Assembly: GCA_001750645.1 (NCBI GenBank)
Contig: MEIF01000005.1
Span: 11,776 to 75,775 of the forward strand
DNA: 64,000 nucleotides
Reading direction: 5' to 3'
Origin: Gammaproteobacteria bacterium AqS3
GTDB lineage: Bacteria; Pseudomonadota; Gammaproteobacteria; MEIF01; AqS3
Shown: positions 9,020 to 17,240 of the stretch, in pieces
Layout: each line of letters opens with the position of its first letter
Position numbering within the stretch: position 1 is the first letter of the stretch
Made by a program: the position numbers and the translations under genes
The notes under the pieces: model-generated
Seen by the model: only the letters and a program-made list of their open reading frames with translations
Databases searched by the model: none
What the model was told of the DNA's origin: nothing

Positions 9020-10450
9020 CTACCCCAACCCACCCAGAGATGAACCCCCCAGCGCTTTCTGCAGCGAATCGAGGTCGGGGTCGATGACTTCAAAGCGCTC
9101 GCCCCGCTCCCGCAGGGTCGCCAGGCGGGTATCGGCCTCTGCCGTGAATTCACCCAGCCCCGCCCGCACCAGAGCCTCGGAAAACTTGGCCGGGTGCGCC
9201 GTGGCCAGCACCGCCGTCGGGTGTTCGTCGCCGTATTGCTGGGCGGCCGCCAGCGCCGCCGCTGTGTGCGGGTCCAGAACCACGCCGTAGCGCTGCTGTC
9301 CCTGCTGCATGGCCTGGAGGATGCCGTCATCGTCCCAGCGGGAGCTCGCAAACAGTTCGCGCGCGCACTGCCAGGCTGCGTCCGGCAGCGCCAGAACCCC
9401 GCTCTCGGCAAACTCGGCCTGCAGCCTCGCCGTGGTCTGTGCATCGGTCAGAAAATGCACGAGGCGCTCGAAATTGCTGGCGATGGAGATGTCCATGCTG
9501 GGGGCGACGCTGCCCTGAACCTGCACCCGGCTGTAGTCGTTGCCGACCAGTGCACGGTGCAGGATGTCGTTGCGGTTGGTGGCCAGCAGCAGCCTGCGCA
9601 CCGGCAGTCCCATCCTGCCGGCCAGCACGCCCGCATAGATATTGCCGAAATTTCCGGTGGGCACGGCAAAGTTGACGCCGCCGCCCTGATCCAGCCTCAG
9701 CCCGGCGTAAAAGTAGTAGACGACCTGCGCCATCAGCCTGGCCCAATTGATGGAGTTGACGGTCATCAAGGCGGCGCCGGTCAGCGCCTCGCCCCGGCCC
9801 AGCGCGGCCTTGAGCAGGTTCTGGCAGTCGTCAAAATCGCCGCGCACCGCCAGGCACAGGACGTTGTCCTGCTGCACAGAGGTCATCTGCCGGCGCTGAA
9901 ATTCGGTGATGCGCTCGTGCGGAAACAGCACGGCAATGTCGAGGCGGGCGCAGTTTCGGCAGGCTTCAATGGCGGCCGAGCCGGTGTCGCCCGAGGTCGC
10001 GGTGAGGATCAGACGACGCTGACCCTGCCGGCTGAGAATATCGTCCAGCAGCGTCCCGAGCAGCTGCAGGGCGACGTCCTTGAAGGCCAGCGTCGGGCCG
10101 TGAAACAGCTCGAGCAGGTGCAGCGGACCGCCGTGAAGAGTACCGCCGTCCAGCGCGCGCAGCCGGACCACTTCCTCGTGCTCAAAGCCCCGGTAGGCCC
10201 TGGCCAAGACCCCGGCCAGCTCGCCGGCAGCAAGGGCATCGCCGATGAACGGGGCGATGATGCGCTCGGCCAGCTGCAGATAGCTCAGGCGGTGCAGCTC
10301 TTCCAGCTCGTCCGGCCCAAAATGCGGCAGTCCCTCGGGCACGTAGAGCCCGCCGTCGGGCGGGCGCGGATTCAGCAGCGCCTGGGCGAAATCGCAGACT
10401 TCGCCGCCGCCGCGCGTGCTGCGGTAGCGAGACGCCGCATCAGGCGCCAT
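9020..10450 (-). CDS. thrC: Threonine synthase
   Basis: MAPDAASRYRSTRGG...GGLYVPE...HGPTLAFKDVALQ (PLP-lysine motif)...SGDTGSAA. The ATG at 10450 overlaps the hom stop (ATGA). The longer 783-aa ORF in the track is an out-of-context upstream extension. Confidence 0.9.
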   Translation of the reverse strand: MAPDAASRYRSTRGGGEVCDFAQALLNPRPPDGGLYVPEGLPHFGPDELEELHRLSYLQLAERIIAPFIGDALAAGELAGVLARAYRGFEHEEVVRLRALDGGTLHGGPLHLLELFHGPTLAFKDVALQLLGTLLDDILSRQGQRRLILTATSGDTGSAAIEACRNCARLDIAVLFPHERITEFQRRQMTSVQQDNVLCLAVRGDFDDCQNLLKAALGRGEALTGAALMTVNSINWARLMAQVVYYFYAGLRLDQGGGVNFAVPTGNFGNIYAGVLAGRMGLPVRRLLLATNRNDILHRALVGNDYSRVQVQGSVAPSMDISIASNFERLVHFLTDAQTTARLQAEFAESGVLALPDAAWQCARELFASSRWDDDGILQAMQQGQQRYGVVLDPHTAAALAAAQQYGDEHPTAVLATAHPAKFSEALVRAGLGEFTAEADTRLATLRERGERFEVIDPDLDSLQKALGGSSLGGLG

Positions 10451-11733
10451 CAGCGCGCCTCGTCCTCGACGCGCAGCCACAGCAGCTCGCGGCAGATGTC
10501 GCTGCGGGCTCTGACGGCTTCGGCAAAGGCGCGCACCGCCCCCTCCCGGGTCGGGTCGGTCAGCACCAGCAGGGGGATGTGATCGGCGACGTCGCACTCG
10601 CCGTGCTGGATCAGCTCCCTGATGCTGATCTGCTGCTCGGTCAGCAGGGCGGTGATTTCGGCGATGATGCCGGGGCGGTTGCGCTCGGGAATGTCCAGGC
10701 GCAGATAAAAGGTCGACTCGCGCAGGCCGGCGTCGAGCAGCGCAAAGTCGGCATTTCTTTTCGGCACCTGCAAACGAGCCCGCCCGGTGGCCAGGTCGAT
10801 GATGTCGGCCAGCACAGCTGATGCCGTCGCCCCGGCGCCCGCACCCGGCCCGCTCAGAAACACCTCGCCGACCGGGTCGGCCTGGATGTGCACCGCATTC
10901 ATCACCCCGCCGATGCCGGCCAGCGCATGACCCTCGGGCACCAGGGCGACGTGGGCGCGCAGGTCGCAGGCATCGCCGATGCGCTCGGCGACCGCCAGCG
11001 GGCGGATGCGGCAGTTGAGCTGCCGGGCAAAGCGAAAGTCGCGCACGCTCAGGGTGTCGATTCCCTCGCAGGTGATGCAGCGCAGCGGCTCGGCAATGCC
11101 AAAGGCCATGCTGGCCAGGATCGCCAGCTTGTGGGCGGCATCGCCGCCGCTGATGTCGAGGGTCGGGTCGGCTTCGGCATAGCCCAGCTCCTGGGCCTGC
11201 TTCAGGACGCTGCCGAAATCCGCTCCGGAGTCGAACATTTCGGACAGGATGTAGTTGCTGGTGCCGTTGAGGATGCAGGAGAGTTTGCGAATGCGGTTGC
11301 CGGCAAGCCCCTCGCCGAGGCATTTGACCACCGGAATGCCGCCGCCTATGGCGGCCTCGAAGCCGATCCACGCACCGGGGTTCTGCCGCAGCAGGGTGTT
11401 GATCTCGCCGCCCCGCTCGGCCAGCAGGGCTTTGTTGGCGGTGATCAGATGACGCCCGGCAGCGAGCGTGCTGCGGGCCACGTCAAAGGCGACGTCAACA
11501 CCGCCGATCAATTCGACGACGGCGTCGACATCGGCCTGCTGCGCCAGCTCGGCGGCGTCGGCGAAGTATTCGGCGCGGTACTCGGGGCGTTTGCCTCTGG
11601 CGCTGTAGGCGACGATCTCAACCGGCCGACCGGCGGCCTCGGCCAGGGTGTCCGGGTGTTCGGTCAGCTGCCTGTGGACTTCGCCGCCGACGGTGCCGAC
11701 CCCGCACAGCCCCAGCCGAAGCAGCCCGCTCAC
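10450..11733 (-). CDS. hom: Homoserine dehydrogenase
   Basis: 427 aa with an N-terminal GVGTVGG Rossmann motif, central NGTSNYIL and AEADPT blocks, and a C-terminal ACT-like region. It sits immediately upstream of thrC. Confidence 0.9.
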   Translation of the reverse strand: MSGLLRLGLCGVGTVGGEVHRQLTEHPDTLAEAAGRPVEIVAYSARGKRPEYRAEYFADAAELAQQADVDAVVELIGGVDVAFDVARSTLAAGRHLITANKALLAERGGEINTLLRQNPGAWIGFEAAIGGGIPVVKCLGEGLAGNRIRKLSCILNGTSNYILSEMFDSGADFGSVLKQAQELGYAEADPTLDISGGDAAHKLAILASMAFGIAEPLRCITCEGIDTLSVRDFRFARQLNCRIRPLAVAERIGDACDLRAHVALVPEGHALAGIGGVMNAVHIQADPVGEVFLSGPGAGAGATASAVLADIIDLATGRARLQVPKRNADFALLDAGLRESTFYLRLDIPERNRPGIIAEITALLTEQQISIRELIQHGECDVADHIPLLVLTDPTREGAVRAFAEAVRARSDICRELLWLRVEDEAR

Positions 11734-13232
11734 GGCCCCGCCCTGAACATCCGCCGGATGTTGGCGACGGCCTGGCGGATGCGGTGCTCGTTCTCAATCA
11801 GCGCAAAGCGCACACAGCCCTCGCCGTGCTCGCCGAAGCCGATGCCCGGCGAGACCGCAACATTGGCGCGCAGCAGCAGCTGGCGGGAAAATTCCAGCGA
11901 GCCGAGCTGATCCCAGGGCTCGGGGATCCTGGCCCAGACGTACATCGTCGCCTTGGGCGGCGTCACCCGCCAGCCCAGCTGGTTGAGCCCGCTGCAGAGC
12001 ACATCGCGGCGGCGGCGGTAGGTCTCGCAGACCCGCCCGACCTCGGCGTCGCCCCTGTTGAGGGCGTGGATGCAGGCGACCTGAACCGGCGTGAAGGCGC
12101 CGTAGTCCAGATAGGACTTGATGCGCGCCAGGGCTGCGATCAGGTCGGGGTTGCCGCAGGTGAAGCCGATGCGCCAGCCGGCCATGTTGTAGCTCTTGGA
12201 CATCGTGGTGACCTCCACGCAGTAGTCCAGCGCCCCCGCAACCTGCAGGATGGACGGGGCGCGGTAGCCGTCAAAGCACAGGTCGGCATAAGCCAGATCC
12301 TGGACGATCCAAATCCCGTAGCTGCGGGCAAATTCGAGCAGCCGCTCAAAGAAATCGATCCCGACATGGCGCGTGGTCGGGTTGCTGGGAAAGTTGACCA
12401 CCAGCATCTTCGGCTTGGGAAAGGCGCTGCGCGCGGCGGCGTCGAGGCTGTCGAGAAACTCGCCCTCGCTGCGCATGGGGACGTGGATGATCTGCGCCCC
12501 GGCGATGACGAAGCCATAGGGGTGGACGGGGTAGCTGGGGTTGGGCACCAGCACCGTGTCGCCCCGGTCGAGCGTGGCCAGCGCCAGGTGCGCCAGCCCC
12601 TCCTTGGAGCCGAGCGTGACGATGGCCTGGCTCTCGTGGTCCAGCTCGACCCCGTAGCGGCGCCGGTACCAGTCGCAGACGGCCTTGCGCAGCTTCGGAA
12701 TGCCGCGCGACTGGGAGTAGCCGTGGGTGTCGGGTCGTGCGACGGTCTCGCACAGGGCGTCGACGATGAACTGCGGGGTCGGGGCGTCGGGGTTGCCCAT
12801 GCCGAAGTCGATGACGTCCTCGCCCGCCGCGCGCGCCTCGGTCTTCATCGAGCCGATGATGCTGAACACGTAGGCGGGCAGCTGCTCGACGCGCTCGAAA
12901 TGGGCGTCGGGGAGTTTGGCGGGGGCTGCTGGTGCGGCCGGCGGCCCGCCCTGAATCACCTGCTCGCGCAGCTCTCCGAGCAGTTTTTGCGAGGGGCCGT
13001 GGATGATCTGGTCGTAAATGTTGACGCCCTTCCAGCCGGTGACGCGCCGGGCGTAGTCGTTGATTTTGCAACGCCGCCCCTCAAATTCGCAGTCTCTGTG
13101 ATTCAGCAGCAGCGCCGGATTCTCCGGATCATCCTTGAACCAGATCTCATCGCCCGCTTGAATCAGACCGGCCTCGAAAATTTGCCTGATTCTGATGCTC
13201 GGCGCTTTGGCACTGCCATTCCCGTCCTTCAT
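11730..13232 (-). CDS. PLP-dependent class I/II aminotransferase (AlaC/aspartate aminotransferase-like) with an extra ~90-aa N-terminal domain
   Basis: The core carries LPAYVF, IDFGMGNPD and the PLP-lysine block SKSYNMAGWRIG. The stop overlaps the hom start by 4 nt. The start is set at ATG 13232 (GGGGG 8 nt upstream). An alternative internal GTG at 12959 would give a canonical-length enzyme. Confidence 0.8.
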   Translation of the reverse strand: MKDGNGSAKAPSIRIRQIFEAGLIQAGDEIWFKDDPENPALLLNHRDCEFEGRRCKINDYARRVTGWKGVNIYDQIIHGPSQKLLGELREQVIQGGPPAAPAAPAKLPDAHFERVEQLPAYVFSIIGSMKTEARAAGEDVIDFGMGNPDAPTPQFIVDALCETVARPDTHGYSQSRGIPKLRKAVCDWYRRRYGVELDHESQAIVTLGSKEGLAHLALATLDRGDTVLVPNPSYPVHPYGFVIAGAQIIHVPMRSEGEFLDSLDAAARSAFPKPKMLVVNFPSNPTTRHVGIDFFERLLEFARSYGIWIVQDLAYADLCFDGYRAPSILQVAGALDYCVEVTTMSKSYNMAGWRIGFTCGNPDLIAALARIKSYLDYGAFTPVQVACIHALNRGDAEVGRVCETYRRRRDVLCSGLNQLGWRVTPPKATMYVWARIPEPWDQLGSLEFSRQLLLRANVAVSPGIGFGEHGEGCVRFALIENEHRIRQAVANIRRMFRAGP

Positions 13233-13263
13233 CTGCAGCCGCCCCCGCAAGCGCCGCAGCGTT

Positions 13264-13983
13264 TCATTTAAGTTCCAAAATCTCGGCTATCTCGTCCGTC
13301 GTGCGGAACCCGGAGATCAGGCTGCCCTCCTGCGTGATGAACGTCGGCGTTCCCCGGACGCCGACGCGCTGGCCGATGTCGTAGTGCGTCATCACCGGCT
13401 GGGTTTCGCAGACCTCAAGGTCGCTCCCCTGGCCGATTTTGAGCTGGCCGATCGCATTGACCGGATCCTCGGCGCACCAGGCTTTGGCCAGCAGCTCATA
13501 GCCCCTCGAACCCATTCCCCCGCGCGGAAAGGCCATATAGCGAACCTCGATGCCCAGCTGGTTGTAGCCCGCTATCTCTAGGTGCATCTGCTGGCAGAAG
13601 GGGCAGGTGACATCGGTGAAGGCGTAGACCACGGCGCGGGTGTCGCCCTCGGCCGGGAAGACGATGTACTGATCGGCCTCGGATATGATCTCGGCGCGCC
13701 AGAGTGCGCGCGCCTCCTCCGTGCGGTTGAACGACGCCTCGCCCTGGAATTCAAACAGGTTGGCGCCGACCAGGAGATACCTGCCGTTTTCGCTGATGAA
13801 GAACTGATCGCCGTTGTTGAGTGCGACCTGGACCAGCCCGGTGCCCTTCAACGGCCGGGTCGATTCAACAGTCCATTCGGACGAGATCATCATCTCGTCA
13901 AGGCGCTCTCGCCAGGAGGACGTATCCGCACAGGCGGACACGAGCAGCAGGGGCAGCAGCACAGCGGCGGCAAATCTGGGCAT
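13264..13983 (-). CDS. dsbC: DsbC/DsbG-family periplasmic thiol:disulfide isomerase
   Basis: Signal peptide MPRFAAAVLLPLLLVSACA, a thioredoxin-fold CPFC active site (FTDVTCPFCQQMH), and the GTPTF cis-Pro-loop region. Confidence 0.75.
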   Translation of the reverse strand: MPRFAAAVLLPLLLVSACADTSSWRERLDEMMISSEWTVESTRPLKGTGLVQVALNNGDQFFISENGRYLLVGANLFEFQGEASFNRTEEARALWRAEIISEADQYIVFPAEGDTRAVVYAFTDVTCPFCQQMHLEIAGYNQLGIEVRYMAFPRGGMGSRGYELLAKAWCAEDPVNAIGQLKIGQGSDLEVCETQPVMTHYDIGQRVGVRGTPTFITQEGSLISGFRTTDEIAEILELK

Positions 13984-14106
13984 GGCGCTCGGGGCGGTGC
14001 CGGCAGGGCGGGCAGTGTAATAGATTGCCCGCTACTGGCCGCCCGTTGAGGGCCGCTGTGTGCGGGCATTCGGGGTCAAATATCTATGGCCTGTCGCCTG
14101 TGGCCC

Positions 14107-15561
14107 TCAGGCGATGAGCAGATCCATGAACTCGTCGACCGGCGTGGCGTCCAGGGCATCGCCGTCCAGGCAGAGGTTGAAGATCCGCTCGCTCTGCTCG
14201 GCGTCATAGCGAGTGGACAGGTTGGCCTTGAATTTCTCGATCAGCAGCGGAATGCCCTCTTCACGCCGGCGGCGGTGGCCGATCGGATACTCCACCGCAA
14301 CCTGCTCGGTGCTGCTGCCGTCGCTGAAGAACACCTGCAGGGCATTGGCGATGGAGCGCTTGTCGGCCTCAAGATATTCCCGCGTGTAGCGCTGGTCCTC
14401 AACGACCTGCATTTTTTCGCGCAGGGCATCAATGGCCGGGTCGGCCGCCGCATCGTCCTCGTAGTCCTCGGCGCGCAGGCCGCCCCTGAGCAGCCCGATG
14501 GCGGTCATGTACTGCAGGCAGTGGTCGCGGTCGGCCGGGTTCGCCAGCGGGCCGACCTTGGAGATGATGCGAATGGCCGACTCGTGCGTGGTGATCTCAA
14601 CGCGCTCGATTTGATCCAGCCTGTCGGCAATCTGCGGGTGCAGCGTGACTGCGGCCTCGACCGCGGTCTGGGCGTGAAATTCCGCCGGGTAGGAGATCTT
14701 GAACAGGACGTTCTCCATGACGTAGGAATCGAGTTCGCGCGACAGCGTGACCGGCTTGCTGCCGCGCATCAGAACGTCGTCAACCCCCCAGGTCGGTGCG
14801 CTCAGCGCCCCGGGAATGCTCATCTCGCCGGTGCGGGCGATCAGGCTCAGACGCACCGCGCGGCTGGTGGCGTCCCCGGCCGCCCAGGATTTGCGCGAGC
14901 CGGTGTTGGGGGCATGGCGGTAGGTGCGCAGGCTCTGCCCGTCGACCCAGGCGTGTGAGATCGCACTGACAACCTGCTCGCGGGTGCAGCCCAGCATTGC
15001 GGCGGTGACGGCCGTGCTGGCCACCTTGACCAGGACCACGTGATCCACCCCGACACGGTTGAAGGAGTTGTCCAGCGCCAGCACGCCCTGGATCTCGTGT
15101 GCCTTGATCATCCAGGTGAGCACCTCGCGCATGCTCAGAGGGCTGCCGCCGGTCGCCCGGCTGCTGCGGCTGAGGTAATCGGCCACCGCCAGAATGCCGC
15201 CCAGATTGTCGGATGGATGACCCCACTCGGCCGCCAGCCAGGTGTCGTTGTAGTCGAGCCAGCGGATGATGCAGCCGATATCCCAGGCCGCCTTGACCGG
15301 ATCGAGCACGTAGTCCGTACCGGGAACGCGGGCGCCATTGGGAACTTCGGTGCCGGGGACGATCGGCCCCAGCAGTTTGGTGCATTCGGGAAATTTCAGC
15401 GCCAGCAGGCCGCAGCCGAGCGTGTCCATCAGGCAGTGGCGGGCCGTGTCATAGCCCAGCCGGCTGTCGATTTTTTTGTCCAGGACGTAGTCCGCCAGCG
15501 ATTGAATCAGTGCATCTGCATCGGGGCGCTGGTTGACGTCAACATTCCCGGATCCCGACAT
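14107..15561 (-). CDS. prpD: MmgE/PrpD-family protein (2-methylcitrate dehydratase-like)
   Basis: 484 aa. The N-terminus ([10 protein letters not shown]...[19 protein letters not shown]) and overall length are typical of PrpD. No prpB or prpC lies nearby. Confidence 0.8.
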   Translation of the reverse strand: MSGSGNVDVNQRPDADALIQSLADYVLDKKIDSRLGYDTARHCLMDTLGCGLLALKFPECTKLLGPIVPGTEVPNGARVPGTDYVLDPVKAAWDIGCIIRWLDYNDTWLAAEWGHPSDNLGGILAVADYLSRSSRATGGSPLSMREVLTWMIKAHEIQGVLALDNSFNRVGVDHVVLVKVASTAVTAAMLGCTREQVVSAISHAWVDGQSLRTYRHAPNTGSRKSWAAGDATSRAVRLSLIARTGEMSIPGALSAPTWGVDDVLMRGSKPVTLSRELDSYVMENVLFKISYPAEFHAQTAVEAAVTLHPQIADRLDQIERVEITTHESAIRIISKVGPLANPADRDHCLQYMTAIGLLRGGLRAEDYEDDAAADPAIDALREKMQVVEDQRYTREYLEADKRSIANALQVFFSDGSSTEQVAVEYPIGHRRRREEGIPLLIEKFKANLSTRYDAEQSERIFNLCLDGDALDATPVDEFMDLLIA

Positions 15562-15642
15562 TTTTTGGCCTTAGTCCCCCGATGCGGCGCGGATTGTACT
15601 CCACGCTTAAAATTGCCCCCCGGCTTTGTGCAGGAGGCTTCG

Positions 15643-16227
15643 ATGCGCCTTATTTTGGCTTCCGGTTCTCGCTATCGCGCCGAATTGCTGCGGCGGCTGG
15701 AGGTGACGTTTGAAACCGTCTCCCCGGAAGTGGACGAGTCCGCCTGCGACCTTGCCGGCGACGAGCGGGCGCGGCATTTGTCGCTGCTCAAGGCCGGCGC
15801 CGTCGCCGAGTGCCACCCCGATGCCTGGGTGATCGGCAGCGACCAGGTTGCCGAATGCGGCGGCCTCGCCCTGCACAAACCCGGCAGCGAAACCCGAGCC
15901 TGCGAGCAGCTGGCGGCGATCTCCGGCCAGTGCGTCGAATTTCACACCGCCGTCGCGCTGGCGGTTCCCGGGCGGGAGGTTTTCGTTGAGAGCACGCTGA
16001 CCCGGGTCTGGATGCGCACCCTCAGCACCGAGCAGATCCGCGACTACGTCCGGCGCGAGCGGCCGCTCGACTGTGCCGGGGCGTTCAAGTCCGAGGGGCT
16101 GGGGATTGCACTCATCCGGCGGGTGGAGAGCCTGGACCCGACCGCTCTGGTCGGCCTGCCGCTGACGCTGCTGACCGGTTTGCTCAAGCGCGCCGGGCTG
16201 GAAGTTTTGGCCGGAAAAACCCTGTAA
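15643..16227 (+). CDS. maf: Maf-family nucleoside-triphosphate pyrophosphatase (YceF-like)
   Basis: MRLILASGSRYRAELL... and ...CAGAFKSEGLG... blocks. AGGAGG lies 6 nt upstream of ATG 15643. The upstream part of the 395-aa track ORF is antisense to prpD and is ignored. Confidence 0.85.
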   Translation: MRLILASGSRYRAELLRRLEVTFETVSPEVDESACDLAGDERARHLSLLKAGAVAECHPDAWVIGSDQVAECGGLALHKPGSETRACEQLAAISGQCVEFHTAVALAVPGREVFVESTLTRVWMRTLSTEQIRDYVRRERPLDCAGAFKSEGLGIALIRRVESLDPTALVGLPLTLLTGLLKRAGLEVLAGKTL

Positions 16228-16233
16228 GCGCTG

Positions 16234-17172
16234 TCAGAAATCCGCGCGGCCGCCGCCCCGCTGGCGCTCGAGCTTCTCGGCACGGCGCTTCTCCTCAATG
16301 CACAGCGTCGCCGTCGGTCGAACCAGCAGACGCTCCAGACCGATCTCCTCGCCGGTGCGCACGCAGTAGCCAAAGGGCGAATCCCCCTGACCGCTGAGGC
16401 GGCGCAGAGCGTTGTCGATCTTCTGCAGCAGGTTGCTCTTGCGCTCGACCAGACGCGCCAGGATGCGGTGCTCCTCCTCGATCAGCGCCTGATCCAGCTC
16501 GTCGCTCTCATTGCTCCTGGCGCGCTTGAGCTCGATCTCGGCCTGCTCAATGTCGCGCAGCGATTCATCGCGCTCTTTTTCCAGCATGCTGCGGAAAAAA
16601 TTCTTCTGTGCCTGATTCATGTACTCGGAGGGATCAGACGCCAGCAACTGCTCCCGCGTTTTGATCACGCCATTCCTGGATCGGGCGCTCGGCTTTTTGG
16701 GGAGCGCTTTGCTGCCCTCGGTTTTTTTTTCAGCGGCTTTTTTGGCTGCCGGTTTTTTGTCGGCCGGCTGGGCCGATGCCGCCTTTTTGGACGGCGATGA
16801 TTCCACCGCCGATTTTGCCTCTGCGGGTTTCTTTGCGTCAGGTCTCTTGGCGGCGGGTTTTGCCGGTTTTTTTGCGATCCTCTCGACTTTTTTTGCAGTC
16901 GCCGATTTCGCCGACGGCCGCTTCGCTGCGGGCCTCTTTACCGCAGGTTTTTTGGCTGCGGGCCTTGCCGTTCTTTTTGCCTTCTCAACTTTTTTACCTT
17001 TGGCCTCCGCCACCCTGGCTGCGGAGGCAGCGGATGCCGACGACCGGGCGGAGGGCTGTTTTTCCGCTTTTTTTTCTGTCGATTGACGCTTATCAGGTGC
17101 GGCCTTTTTGGGCTGTCCGGAAGCCTTTTTCTCGGTGTCGCTCGCCCTTGAATCCGCTCTGTTTTTGGCCAT
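16234..17172 (-). CDS. DksA/TraR-family RNA-polymerase-binding regulator with a Lys/Ala/Pro-rich histone-H1-like N-terminal extension
   Basis: The C-terminal ~140 aa align by eye with DksA: SEYMNQAQKNFFRSML, coiled-coil tip DELDQA (DxxDxA), and FGYCVRTGEEIGLERLLVRPTATLCIEEK. Only two of the four zinc-finger Cys remain (CxxT...CxxE). The N-terminal ~165 aa are AKKPA/AKRPA-type repeats. Confidence 0.7.
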   Translation of the reverse strand: MAKNRADSRASDTEKKASGQPKKAAPDKRQSTEKKAEKQPSARSSASAASAARVAEAKGKKVEKAKRTARPAAKKPAVKRPAAKRPSAKSATAKKVERIAKKPAKPAAKRPDAKKPAEAKSAVESSPSKKAASAQPADKKPAAKKAAEKKTEGSKALPKKPSARSRNGVIKTREQLLASDPSEYMNQAQKNFFRSMLEKERDESLRDIEQAEIELKRARSNESDELDQALIEEEHRILARLVERKSNLLQKIDNALRRLSGQGDSPFGYCVRTGEEIGLERLLVRPTATLCIEEKRRAEKLERQRGGGRADF

Positions 17173-17240
17173 TTTTTCAGCCTCTGCAGCGGCCTGCTGC
17201 TGATTCGGGCGGCGATTATATACGTCTGCATCTGGCGGGG

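Noticed and set aside
10451-11371. Upstream 300-codon extension of the thrC reading frame (783-aa track ORF 9020-11371).
   Set aside because: The extension overlaps hom in another frame and is Arg/Pro/Gly-rich. The threonine synthase homology begins exactly at the ATG at 10450, which overlaps the hom stop.
16776-17240. N-terminal 155 codons of the 963-aa track ORF (DUF349 gene).
   Set aside because: This region is antisense to the DksA-like gene, and its translation (Pro/Leu/Phe/Ser-rich) mirrors the Lys/Ala repeats on the other strand. The real start must lie downstream of 17172.
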